Source of the DNA: Planctomycetota bacterium
GTDB taxonomy: Bacteria; Planctomycetota; Brocadiia; JAADGH01
Direction: 5' to 3'
DNA length: 64,000 nt
Assembly: GCA_040755855.1 (NCBI GenBank)
Contig: JBFMAD010000007.1
Coordinates: forward strand, 120,731-184,730
Translations under genes and position numbers: made by a program
Notes under the pieces: model-generated
Databases searched by the model: none
Seen by the model: only the letters and a program-made list of their open reading frames with translations
What the model was told of the DNA's origin: nothing
Part shown: positions 36,323 through 45,637 of the stretch, one piece after another
How the letters are laid out: every line of letters begins with the position of its first letter
Numbering within the stretch: the first letter of the stretch is position 1

Positions 36323-37549
36323 ATGGATCGTCTGGCAATGGACGGCGGGAAGCCGGTGTGCGCGCAACGGATCGCCCCGACGGGCGAGCGGTTCGGCGAT
36401 GAGGAGATCGCCCTCGTCACCGAGGTCATCCGCTCGCAGAAACTCAACTGCAACGCGGGGACGAAGGCGAAGGAGTTCGCCCGCGCCTTCGCCGACTACA
36501 TGGGCATGAAGCACGGCGTCATGATCAGCTCGGGCACGGCGGCGATCCACGTGGCGCTGGGCGCGCTCAACCTGAACCCCGGCGACGAAGTCATCACCGC
36601 CCCGATCACGGACATGGGGACCGTCTATCCCATCCTGGCACAGAACGCAGTCCCGATCTTCGCCGACCTCGATCCCGATACGTTGTGCATGGACCCGGCG
36701 GACGTGAATAAGCGGATCACCAAGCGCACGAAGGTCATCATGCCCGTGCACCTCACCGGCAACGCGTGCGACATGGATGGCATGATGGACGTGGCGAAGC
36801 GGCGCGGCCTGCGCCTCGTCGAGGACTGCTCCCAGGCCTTCAACACGAAGTTCAGGGGCAAGAAGGTCGGCACGATGGGCGACATCGGGACCTTCAGCTT
36901 CAACCAGTCCAAGCACATCACCTGCGGCGACGGCGGCGTGACGCTGACCAATGACGACGATCTCGGCGAGCGCGCGCAGCTCTTCTCCGACAAGGCGTGG
37001 CCGCGGTCGGGCGACCGGCGCGATCATCTCTTCCTCGCGCCGAATTACCGGATCACCGAGCTCCAGGCCGCGGTAGCCTTCGCGCAGCTCAAGAAACTCG
37101 ACGGCATAACGAACACCCGCCGCGACCGGGGCGATCTGCTGACCTCCCTCATCAAAGGCGCGCCCGGCGTCTATCCGCCGAAGGTGCATCCTGGCGGGGA
37201 GTGCACCTACTGGTTCTACTGGTTCCGCGTTGATGCGGGCATGCGGGAAAAATTCGTAAAAGCGTTGAACGCCGAGGGCGTGCCGTGCAGCACGGGCTAC
37301 ATTTCGAAGCCGGTGTATCTCTATGACGTTCTTCGTGAAAAGAAAACGTACGGCGACTCGCATTTTCCGTACGGTTACGCGCCGTTCCGCGACCCGGAGA
37401 ACGAGATCGAATATGTCGAGGGCCTCTGCCCCGTGGCCGAGCAGGTCCTGAAGGAAATGGTGCGGATCGGCCTGAATGAGTTCTGGACCGAACAGGACAT
37501 TCGTAATACAGGACAGGCCATATGCAAGGTGGCTGAACATCTGTCCTGA
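36323..37549 (+). CDS. DegT/DnrJ/EryC1/StrS family PLP aminotransferase (1)
   Basis: SSGTAAIH, EDCSQA, FSFNQSKHITCGDGG; start trimmed to ATG after AAGGAG; TATAAT at 36266. Confidence 0.93.
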   Translation: MDRLAMDGGKPVCAQRIAPTGERFGDEEIALVTEVIRSQKLNCNAGTKAKEFARAFADYMGMKHGVMISSGTAAIHVALGALNLNPGDEVITAPITDMGTVYPILAQNAVPIFADLDPDTLCMDPADVNKRITKRTKVIMPVHLTGNACDMDGMMDVAKRRGLRLVEDCSQAFNTKFRGKKVGTMGDIGTFSFNQSKHITCGDGGVTLTNDDDLGERAQLFSDKAWPRSGDRRDHLFLAPNYRITELQAAVAFAQLKKLDGITNTRRDRGDLLTSLIKGAPGVYPPKVHPGGECTYWFYWFRVDAGMREKFVKALNAEGVPCSTGYISKPVYLYDVLREKKTYGDSHFPYGYAPFRDPENEIEYVEGLCPVAEQVLKEMVRIGLNEFWTEQDIRNTGQAICKVAEHLS

Positions 37550-37584
37550 AACGCTGAATTGCTGAATACCAGGAGAAATCAGAC

Positions 37585-38862
37585 ATGGGAAAATTGGCTG
37601 TCACCGGCGGGCCGAAGGCCGTGAACCGGCAGATCGGATCGCCCTGGCCCGTCTATGACGACCGGGAGAAAGCGGCCCTCATCGAGGTGCTCGAAAGCCG
37701 CAAATGGGGCCGGAGCGGATACGACTACTACAACCGCGCGGGCAGCAAGCTCTGGGAGTTCGAGAAGGCTTTTGCCGAGTTCCACGACGGCAAGTATGCG
37801 CTGGCTGTCTCGACCGGCACAACGGCGCTGGAGACGTGCCTGCGGGCCATCGGCGTCGAGGCCGGGTGTGAGGTCATCGTGCCCGCCTGCACCTACATCG
37901 CGTCGGCGTCGGCCATCATGGTCTGCAACGGCGTCCCGGTCTTCGCCGACGTGGACCCGCGCAACTACACCATCGACCCAAAGTCCGTCGAGGCGCTCAT
38001 CACCCCGCGCACCAGGGCCGTGATGGCCGTGGACTTCGGCGGCATGCCGTGCGACGCCGACGCCCTCGGCGCGCTCTGCCGCAAGCACGGCATCGCCCTC
38101 ATCAGCGACTGCGCCCATTCGCATGGCGGCCAGTGGCGCGGAAAGGGCGTCGGCTCGCACGCGGACATCGCCGGCTTCAGTTGCATGCCGGGCAAGGTGT
38201 TCGCCATCGGCGAGGGCGCAATCGTGATGACCAACAGTGAGGACCTCTACGAGAAGGCGTTCCGCTATCATCACGCCGGGCGCGACCGCGGCGAGCAGAG
38301 CCGCCAGTTCACCTGGCCCGCCACGACGCTCCGCCTGAGCGAGTGGGAGGCGGCCATCGGCCTCGTCGCCCTCACCCGCCTGGCGGAGCAGGCCGAGACG
38401 CGCTGGCGCAACGTGCGCTACCTGGCCGACGGCATGGCCGAGATCCCCGGCCTGTCCGGTCTCGAGATTGACGAGCGCGTGACGCGGTGGAACCCGTTCT
38501 GCTGGCACTTCAAGTTCATCAGCGAGGAATTCGACGGCATCTACCGCGACGTCTTTCGCAAGGCGATGAATGCCGAGGGCGTGCCGGTCGGCCTCGGTCC
38601 CACGGAGCCGTTGTATCGCTATAAGATCTTCGCCGACGGCAAGTGGGGGGAGACCGGCTGCCCGATCCGATGCCCGCTCTACAAGGGCAAGATGGACTAT
38701 ACCAAAGTGCACTGCCCGGAGGCCGAGCGCATCCACGACACGGAGGCGTGCCTCATCAACCACGCACGCCTGCTCGGCCCGCAGGAGGACATGGACCTCA
38801 TCCTCGACGCCATGCGCAAGGTCCGCGAGAACGTGGATGAACTCAGGAACCTGAAGGCATGA
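37585..38862 (+). CDS. DegT/DnrJ/EryC1/StrS family PLP aminotransferase (2)
   Basis: LAVTGG..WPVYD, STGTTALE, SDCAHSHG, FSCMPGKVFAIGEG. Confidence 0.92.
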   Translation: MGKLAVTGGPKAVNRQIGSPWPVYDDREKAALIEVLESRKWGRSGYDYYNRAGSKLWEFEKAFAEFHDGKYALAVSTGTTALETCLRAIGVEAGCEVIVPACTYIASASAIMVCNGVPVFADVDPRNYTIDPKSVEALITPRTRAVMAVDFGGMPCDADALGALCRKHGIALISDCAHSHGGQWRGKGVGSHADIAGFSCMPGKVFAIGEGAIVMTNSEDLYEKAFRYHHAGRDRGEQSRQFTWPATTLRLSEWEAAIGLVALTRLAEQAETRWRNVRYLADGMAEIPGLSGLEIDERVTRWNPFCWHFKFISEEFDGIYRDVFRKAMNAEGVPVGLGPTEPLYRYKIFADGKWGETGCPIRCPLYKGKMDYTKVHCPEAERIHDTEACLINHARLLGPQEDMDLILDAMRKVRENVDELRNLKA

Positions 38863-40082
38863 GCGACGCGCTGCACTTCGGGACGTCTATGCGCGACATC
38901 ACCCCGCCCGCCGGGTCGCTGATGGGGGCGTTCCCGGTCAGCCGCGATCCCATGCAGGCCCGCGTGGCGGAAGGCGCACACGATCCGATCATGGCCCGGG
39001 CCTTTGCCTTGCGCCAGAAGGATATGACCGTCGTTGTGGTGGTCGCCGATGTGGTCAGCTTCCAGTGGCCGGACGTGGACGTCATGCGCGCCGCCTTCGC
39101 GGGGCGAACGGGGCTGCCGCCCGAGAGCCTGATCGTCTGCGGCACGCACAACCACAACGGTCCCGAGTGCACCTATCTCTTCGGCGGACGGCCCGACGAT
39201 CCATACATTGGTCACATGCGTGGCCGTGTTGTCGATGCCGCGTGCGAAGCCATTGACGCGCTTGCACCCGCGGACTTGCTGGTCGGTTCGGTGGATGCGG
39301 ACCTGTCGTACAATCGGCGCCGTATCCTGCCCAATGGCCAGTTCCAGCAGCTAAGCAAGAATCCGGATCGGTTGAGGAACGGACCGATTGATCCGAAGGT
39401 GACCGTGCTGCGCCTCGACCGCAGCGATGACCGGACCGCTCTGCTTCACTTCGCCGCGCATCCGGTGATTATGACGGCGCCGAATCGCCTGTTCACGGCG
39501 GAGTATCCCGGCGAGACTTTGCGGCGCTTCGAGGCGCAGACCAAGATCGCCGACGCCATCTTCCTCCAGGGCGCGTGCGGCGACACACATCCCTATCAGG
39601 CAATCACCGAGGATTTCGCCGCCGTGGGGGAGATGGGCGAGGGCCTCGCCAAGGCCGCGTCCTCTGCATGGCAGCAGGCCAGGGCCGAACACGAACTGAG
39701 CTTGTCTGTCGAACGGTGGACCGGAAACCTGCCGCACCGTTACTCCTCCGAGCACAAGGTGCGCATCGAGGCGACCACGGTGCGCCTCAGCCCGCGGCTG
39801 GCGCTCGTGTTCTGGCAGGGAGAGCCGTTTATCGAATTGTCGTTGACGCTCCAGTGGCGGTCTCCCCTTGCGCGAACGATTGTGGTAGGCTATTCTCTGG
39901 GCTGGATCGGGTATGTGCCGACTCGGCAGGCCTACGAATACGGGGGCTACGGCGTGAGCCTGCACGAGGGCGACCCGGCCGAGTTCAGCCGGACGAGCGT
40001 CCGGCCGGGAACGGGCGAGCAGATCGTAGATCGAACGGCCGAGCTTCTCCTGAAGTTGCACGATGGGGCACACACGAAGTAG
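38859..40082 (+). CDS. Neutral/alkaline ceramidase N-terminal-domain-like metallohydrolase (1)
   Basis: DITPP, AHDPIMARA, GTHNHNGP, FAAHP, FLQGACGD, GYVPT..AYEYGGY. Confidence 0.8.
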   Translation: MSDALHFGTSMRDITPPAGSLMGAFPVSRDPMQARVAEGAHDPIMARAFALRQKDMTVVVVVADVVSFQWPDVDVMRAAFAGRTGLPPESLIVCGTHNHNGPECTYLFGGRPDDPYIGHMRGRVVDAACEAIDALAPADLLVGSVDADLSYNRRRILPNGQFQQLSKNPDRLRNGPIDPKVTVLRLDRSDDRTALLHFAAHPVIMTAPNRLFTAEYPGETLRRFEAQTKIADAIFLQGACGDTHPYQAITEDFAAVGEMGEGLAKAASSAWQQARAEHELSLSVERWTGNLPHRYSSEHKVRIEATTVRLSPRLALVFWQGEPFIELSLTLQWRSPLARTIVVGYSLGWIGYVPTRQAYEYGGYGVSLHEGDPAEFSRTSVRPGTGEQIVDRTAELLLKLHDGAHTK

Positions 40083-40094
40083 AAGGACTTTCGC

Positions 40095-41369
40095 ATGAGC
40101 GAGATCAAAATCGGCTTCGCCAAGACAGACATCACTCCGCAAACCCAGCGGCAGACGATCTATCACAAGCGCGGCACGCTCGACGACGCCAAGACGTCGG
40201 TCCGCGACCGGCTCTTCGCCCGTGCGACGGCCTTTCGCAGCAACGACGAGGGCGCGGTCTGGATGACGGTCGATCTGCTCTGCGTGGACACGCGCCTGCG
40301 AAACGCGGTGGTTGCGAAGCTGGCGGCGAAGGGAATCTCTCCGGACCATGTGGCCCTGTGCGCGACGCACACGCACACGGCCCCGACGGTCGTCCCTTTC
40401 CACAGCATCGAGGCGACGCCGGCGGCCTACCTCCGGTCGCTCGAAGAGAAGATGCTGGAGGCGGCGTTGGGCGCGCTGGAGTCGGCGAAACCCGCCGAGA
40501 TCCATTTCGGCAGGTCCACTGTGGACTTGAGCGTGAACCGGCGCGAGATCGGACGCATGGCCGAGATCAATAGCATCAACTCGCCGACGGGCCTGGTTGA
40601 CCCCGAAGTCAACACGGCGGTCATATGCATGAAGGATGACATGCGAACCGGTCTTCTCTTCAATTATGGCGCGCACCCACTGACGATGTCCAAGCGCAAT
40701 CCGCAGATTTCCGCCGACTATCCCGGGCGGGCGGTGGAGTATCTGGAGACGAAGTGGGAGGCCGCACACGCCCAGTTCCTCCAGGGCTGCTGCGGGAATG
40801 CAAATGTCAAGGTCCACGGCGAGGAGCAGGAGGCCGTCATGGTCGGCACATGGCTCGCGCAGGCGGTCCTTGCGGGGCTTTCGGGCGCAACGCAGTCGCT
40901 GTCAAGCGACCTCCGAATGGCGACGAGGACGGTGCGGCTGCCGTGGGGGAAGATGGCGACGGCGGAGGCGGCGGCGGCGCTCGCGACGGCGCACCCCAAC
41001 GACAAGCGAACCGCCGAGTGGGCAGATGCGATTCGCCATGCCTACACGTCCGGCCCGGTTGCGGACCATGCCGAGGTGATCGTCCAGGCGATGCACCTGG
41101 GCGATGCGGTCTTCGTCGCGCTGCCGGGGGAGGTGTTCCTCGAGATCGGCCTGGCGATCAAGAAGCAGGCGGGTGTGGATCATGTCTTTGTCGTTGCGAA
41201 TGCGAACAGTTGCGAGATCGGCTATATCCCCACGGCCGCGGCGTTTCCCGAAGGAGGATATGAGATTGACAGCGCGCCCTACTACTATGGGCTTTTCCAA
41301 CTGTCGCCGGACTGCGAGGAGATCATCGTGGGGAGCGCGTTGGAGGCCGTCAAAGATGTGACCGCGTGA
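40095..41369 (+). CDS. Neutral/alkaline ceramidase N-terminal-domain-like metallohydrolase (2)
   Basis: DITP, ATHTHTAP, NYGAHP, ISADYPG, FLQGCCGN, LPGEVF, GYIPT...GGYE. Confidence 0.8.
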   Translation: MSEIKIGFAKTDITPQTQRQTIYHKRGTLDDAKTSVRDRLFARATAFRSNDEGAVWMTVDLLCVDTRLRNAVVAKLAAKGISPDHVALCATHTHTAPTVVPFHSIEATPAAYLRSLEEKMLEAALGALESAKPAEIHFGRSTVDLSVNRREIGRMAEINSINSPTGLVDPEVNTAVICMKDDMRTGLLFNYGAHPLTMSKRNPQISADYPGRAVEYLETKWEAAHAQFLQGCCGNANVKVHGEEQEAVMVGTWLAQAVLAGLSGATQSLSSDLRMATRTVRLPWGKMATAEAAAALATAHPNDKRTAEWADAIRHAYTSGPVADHAEVIVQAMHLGDAVFVALPGEVFLEIGLAIKKQAGVDHVFVVANANSCEIGYIPTAAAFPEGGYEIDSAPYYYGLFQLSPDCEEIIVGSALEAVKDVTA

Positions 41370-41385
41370 GAATGGGAGGTAAATC

Positions 41386-43356
41386 ATGTTGCGCTATCGA
41401 GATATCATGGTCCTAAGTGTTTATGTTACTTTATGTTGCGTCTCCTTCGGGGATGAGAGGAAAGGCATCGAGTTCATGCCGCTCGACGGCTTCGAGGACG
41501 CCAACCCCTGGATCAAGGGCGATCCGAAGACCGACCTGGAACAGAAGGACGCGGCCGTTACGACGAATACCGAGTTTGTCAAAGAGGGCAAGCAGTCGTT
41601 GGCCTTCGTCATTCGCGTGAACTGGACGAAGCGGCCCGACGAGGCGCACGCCAAGGGCTGGCCGATGATGCGGCGAGAGTTCGAGACGCCGCAGGATTGG
41701 TCGAAGCACGACTATGTTTACTTCTGGCTCTATCCCAAGACGAATTGCCGCCTTCAGCAACCGCGCGTCCTGGGGGTGGGGTTTCCCGTCGGGGAGAAAA
41801 AGAAACTCGAGTGGTTCTTCATTCCTGGTCTCGAACCGAACAAGTGGCAGGAGGTTGTCGCACCGCTGACGATCGTCAAGGATCTAAGCAAGGTCGTCGG
41901 CATCTCGTTCTATGTGGCCGAGGGCTGGTACGAGGACGGGGATCAGATTGATTTCTATATTGACGACGTACGCCTTGCGCGGCGGACGATCCCGGCCTTC
42001 GCATCGTGCGGCGTGACATCGCGCATCTTCCCACGCGGAACGGCGGTGGGCTTGGGGGTGAAAATCGAGGGACCGCATGAGGGAGCGCATGTCCGCTGCC
42101 GCGTCACCGACCCGGTGGGCAAGGAGGAATTCCATTTCGACGAGAAGCTGACGGCCAAGGTGCAGGACTTCACCTTTCCCACGAAGGGCATTCGCGCCGG
42201 GGGACACTATGCGCTGGTGGATCTGCTGGACAAGGAAGGCAATGCGGTTGACTCGTGGAAGCAATACTTCCGCAGCCTTCAAGCCGGCAAGCGCAGTTAC
42301 CTCAAGTTGATTACGTTTTACAGCGTCGGCGTCGTGGAGAAGGAGATCGAGAAACTTGGTGTGTTGAACGACTCAGCGTACGCGGGGGTGTCCATCCCGA
42401 TTGCACGGAGCTACGACACCGATCCCGTGCCGGAGTATGACGCCCTGAAGCCGAGGCTGGATAAGGTGCGGGAAATCCTCAAGATTGATCCGTGGCCGTG
42501 GGTCGCGCTCAATCGCATGATCGGCGCGCCGGCCGATAGAAAGGGACACGCCAGCAGCCACGCCAAGGACATAAAATATTTTGAGGCCATCAAGGCCCTG
42601 GACCTCGGCAACGAGGCCGGGGCGCGAGCCGACCTGCTGAAGATATGGCGTCACGCCGTTCGCGCGGCGCGGGAGTGGAAGTCGCCCGGCGTGATGATTG
42701 ACTTGGAGGCATACAACGACTACCGCGCCTACAACACGGCCTGGGTCGCCGAGGCGCGGGGCGAGACCATCGAGGAGACAATACGCAAATGCGAAGATTT
42801 AGGCGCGGACATGGCGAAGGCCATCGCCGAGGAATACCCGACGTGCATCGTATGGAGTCTGTTCAGCCGATTGGAGCTATCTTACGTCGTATCCGGCCAT
42901 AGGGAAAAGATTTACACCATGCCGAGCTACCTCACCCTCGGCCTTCTGAAATACGCGAAAGCGAATAATATCCCGCTCAAGTACCTCTGCGGCGGAGAGA
43001 CGACGCCCGGTTACTGCAACAAGAACGTGGCCATGCTCAAGGAGAAGATCGCAAAGCGCGATGTGGACGTGGCGCCGTTCCTGGAGCAGTTCCCCGATCA
43101 CTTCTTCCTGGCGGGGACCATCTCGCCGTTTCACGACTATAGCATCGCCACGGCTTTCATTCAGACGGGATACAAGGACTCGGACTTCAAGGCGATCAAG
43201 GATTTTGAGCCGATGTTCAAGACGCTTTTTGACGCCTATGACTGGATGTGGGTCTATGCCGCGGGCGCGGCGAAGACCGAACCATACAATCCTGTGAACA
43301 ACAAGATGTACAGCGACGCGCTGCGCGACGCGCTCGACGCATCAGCGGGGGAGTAG
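41386..43356 (+). CDS. Probable secreted hypothetical protein (CBM-like N-terminal domain plus putative catalytic barrel)
   Basis: Hydrophobic N-terminus; [12 protein letters not shown] and FYIDDVRL (CBM-like sandwich); [18 protein letters not shown]. Confidence 0.55.
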   Translation: MLRYRDIMVLSVYVTLCCVSFGDERKGIEFMPLDGFEDANPWIKGDPKTDLEQKDAAVTTNTEFVKEGKQSLAFVIRVNWTKRPDEAHAKGWPMMRREFETPQDWSKHDYVYFWLYPKTNCRLQQPRVLGVGFPVGEKKKLEWFFIPGLEPNKWQEVVAPLTIVKDLSKVVGISFYVAEGWYEDGDQIDFYIDDVRLARRTIPAFASCGVTSRIFPRGTAVGLGVKIEGPHEGAHVRCRVTDPVGKEEFHFDEKLTAKVQDFTFPTKGIRAGGHYALVDLLDKEGNAVDSWKQYFRSLQAGKRSYLKLITFYSVGVVEKEIEKLGVLNDSAYAGVSIPIARSYDTDPVPEYDALKPRLDKVREILKIDPWPWVALNRMIGAPADRKGHASSHAKDIKYFEAIKALDLGNEAGARADLLKIWRHAVRAAREWKSPGVMIDLEAYNDYRAYNTAWVAEARGETIEETIRKCEDLGADMAKAIAEEYPTCIVWSLFSRLELSYVVSGHREKIYTMPSYLTLGLLKYAKANNIPLKYLCGGETTPGYCNKNVAMLKEKIAKRDVDVAPFLEQFPDHFFLAGTISPFHDYSIATAFIQTGYKDSDFKAIKDFEPMFKTLFDAYDWMWVYAAGAAKTEPYNPVNNKMYSDALRDALDASAGE

Positions 43357-43360
43357 TCGA

Positions 43361-43836
43361 ACCGCGGAGCCGCGGAGGACACAGAAAATATCAAGGCAAA
43401 TGCAGATGACCATAAATGAACTTACTGAACAGATTATCGGCGCGGCAATAGATGTACACAAAGCGCTTGGGCCGGGGTTGCTTGAGTCGGCCTATGAAGA
43501 GTGCTTATGTCGGGAGTTGGCCCTTCGCAGTGTCCGTTTCCAGCGTCAGCTTCCCTTGCCGATTGAATACAATGGGACGAAACTGAGTTGTGGATACCGC
43601 ATTGATCTGCTGGTTGAAGGTACAGTTGTAGTAGAGATCAAGGCAGTGGATGAAATCTCGGATGTTCACAAATCCCAGCTGTTGACCTATCTGAAACTCG
43701 GTGGATGAAGAGTGGGTCTAATCCTCAATTTCAACGTTCCCATCCTGACGCACGGCATCAAGCGGCTTGTGGGGGGACTGAAGGAAGAGAGTAAATGATT
43801 CTGATCCTATACTTTTCCACTCTGCGCCTCTGTGGC
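43361..43836. mobile_element. Putative GxxExxY insertion cassette bounded by imperfect inverted short-unit arrays
   Basis: Left CCGCGGAG CCGCGGAG GACACAGA; right, reverse-complemented, CCACAGAG GCGCAGAG; visibly more AT-rich than neighbours and functionally unrelated to the operon. Confidence 0.5.
43400..43798 (+). pseudogene. GxxExxY protein (PD-(D/E)XK-like) interrupted by an in-frame TGA at 43706-43708
   Basis: [35 protein letters not shown]; frame continues past TGA as RVGLILNFNVPILTHGIKRLV, the family C-terminus, to TGA 43796-43798. Confidence 0.88.
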
Positions 43837-43858
43837 TGGTTGAAAGAGAGGAGATGGA

Positions 43859-44710
43859 ATGAAACCGGAGCCGGGCGATAAGAAAATTCACGTGACGCGC
43901 GCGGATGTGGCCGCCGCGGCAAAGGCTGTTGGGATCGTGTCCGGCGATGTCGTGTTTTTCCACAGCTCGCTCAGCAGCATGGGCACGGTGGACGGTGGGC
44001 CGGGATCCGTGATTGACGGGTTCCTGGATGCGGTCGGTCCGACCGGGACGGTCGCAGTCCCCGCACTTTGCAACTGGCAACCGGAGGAGCAGCGCCTGGT
44101 GTTCGGCCGGTGGGACCCGAAGACCACGCCCTCGTATGTGGGCAAGATCACGGAGATCTTCCGCCATCGGCCCGATGCGGTTCGGAGCAATCATGCCACG
44201 CATTCCGTCGCCGCTATCGGCGCGCGGGCGAAGGAACTAACGGCGAACCATGGGGCGTCGGGCAAGCGTCCCGGCCCGTTCAGCGACACCGCCTTCGCAG
44301 TGGAAAGCCCGTGGGAACGGTTATATCAATGGAACGCGGCCTACTGTTTCATCGGGGTCACGTTCCGCGTCTGCACAATGGTGCACTATGTCGAGAGTCG
44401 CCTCGTCGAGCGTGCGTTGAGCCGTGCGAAGCCGGAGGCGCGGACAAAGTTGGTCGAGGATGTGATCGGCTGGATGAAGCCCGGGGTCTGGCCAAATATT
44501 CGCGTGCCAGATCGCGAGGTCATCGAGGAAATGCTGGCCGCGAAGGGACTCGTGCGATATGGCAGGATCGGCTCGGCCACGTTCCGCTGCGCCCGCGCGA
44601 AGCCGATGGTGGATGAGTGGGTTCACATCGTGGAGGGCGATCCGGCGAAGTGGTGCCCCGCAGAATATGTGGCGTGGCTAAGAAGGATTGAGGAGGGAGC
44701 TGTTTCATGA
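43859..44710 (+). CDS. AAC(3)/YokD family N-acetyltransferase
   Basis: VFFHSSLSSMG, VGKITEIFR, RSNHATHSVAAIG, SPWERL, CTMVHYVE. Confidence 0.88.
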   Translation: MKPEPGDKKIHVTRADVAAAAKAVGIVSGDVVFFHSSLSSMGTVDGGPGSVIDGFLDAVGPTGTVAVPALCNWQPEEQRLVFGRWDPKTTPSYVGKITEIFRHRPDAVRSNHATHSVAAIGARAKELTANHGASGKRPGPFSDTAFAVESPWERLYQWNAAYCFIGVTFRVCTMVHYVESRLVERALSRAKPEARTKLVEDVIGWMKPGVWPNIRVPDREVIEEMLAAKGLVRYGRIGSATFRCARAKPMVDEWVHIVEGDPAKWCPAEYVAWLRRIEEGAVS

Positions 44711-45633
44711 GCCGCACATGGATTGACACGCATATCCACGTCAGCGACATCGGCCCCGACGGCAAGAAGCGCGAGCGGATGCTCGAAGACCTTCTCGATG
44801 TGCTGGACCGCTGCGACGCGGACCTTCGCTTCGTCATCAGTTGCGACGGCCCGTACTACGGTCACATGGTCAAGGACCCGGAAGCCATCCTGCGCGGCAA
44901 CCAGATGATCCACGACCTCTGCCGCCGCGCGCCGGGCCGGCTGTACGGCGCGTGCATGATCAACCCGAATTTCCTCGACGAATCGCTCCGCGTCATGGGT
45001 GTCTGCTTCAACGAGTGGGGCTTCGTCATGCTCGGCGAGATGCTTCAATACGGCATGAACTACAAGATGGACAGCGACGCGGCGGAGACCGTGGTCCGCA
45101 AGGCGGTCAAGTATGACGTGCCCGTTCAAGTTCATCTCGGCACCTACTGCGCCCCCAAGTCCAAGTGGCGCTATAGCACGTCCGGCGCGGGGATGGACCA
45201 CATGACCGATCTGCTGGCCTGCGCCGAGCGCGTGCCGGAGGCGAAATACATTCTTGCTCATGCCATCGGATGCGGCCCCACGCCGGATTATATCTCGTGG
45301 GCGGACATGTTTCTCGATACGATCTCCGGATGTTTCGAGGCGTATCCCGACAACTTCTGGATCGAGATCCGCGACTTCCAGTGCAAGGCGCTGAAGCGGA
45401 CCATTGCCGAAGTGCCGTCCAGTCGGCTATTAGCTGGGACCGACTGGACCACGCGCGTTGGGCCGCCGTTCCAGACCTACGGCACCATGTTCGACGTGGC
45501 GGAGGGCAAGAATCCCTTCCCGCCGAAGGTCGAGTCCTTTGTCAAGTTCCTCCGCGACGCGGTGGCGTCGGGCAACGATGTGGACCGCATTGCTTTCGAG
45601 AACGCGAAAGAACTCTTCAAGCTCGAGACATAG
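44707..45633 (+). CDS. Amidohydrolase_2 family metallohydrolase
   Basis: IDTHIH, LGEM, PVQVH, ILAHA, LLAGTDW, ENAKELF. Confidence 0.85.
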   Translation: MSRTWIDTHIHVSDIGPDGKKRERMLEDLLDVLDRCDADLRFVISCDGPYYGHMVKDPEAILRGNQMIHDLCRRAPGRLYGACMINPNFLDESLRVMGVCFNEWGFVMLGEMLQYGMNYKMDSDAAETVVRKAVKYDVPVQVHLGTYCAPKSKWRYSTSGAGMDHMTDLLACAERVPEAKYILAHAIGCGPTPDYISWADMFLDTISGCFEAYPDNFWIEIRDFQCKALKRTIAEVPSSRLLAGTDWTTRVGPPFQTYGTMFDVAEGKNPFPPKVESFVKFLRDAVASGNDVDRIAFENAKELFKLET

Positions 45634-45637
45634 AGAC

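Noticed and set aside
43706..43708. Genome-wide TGA recoding
   Set aside because: Many genes here end properly at TGA (e.g. the ABC transporters and sigma factors).
43859..44710. Calling the AAC(3)-family gene an acquired resistance gene
   Set aside because: Embedded and translationally coupled in a metabolic operon; the family includes many non-resistance members.
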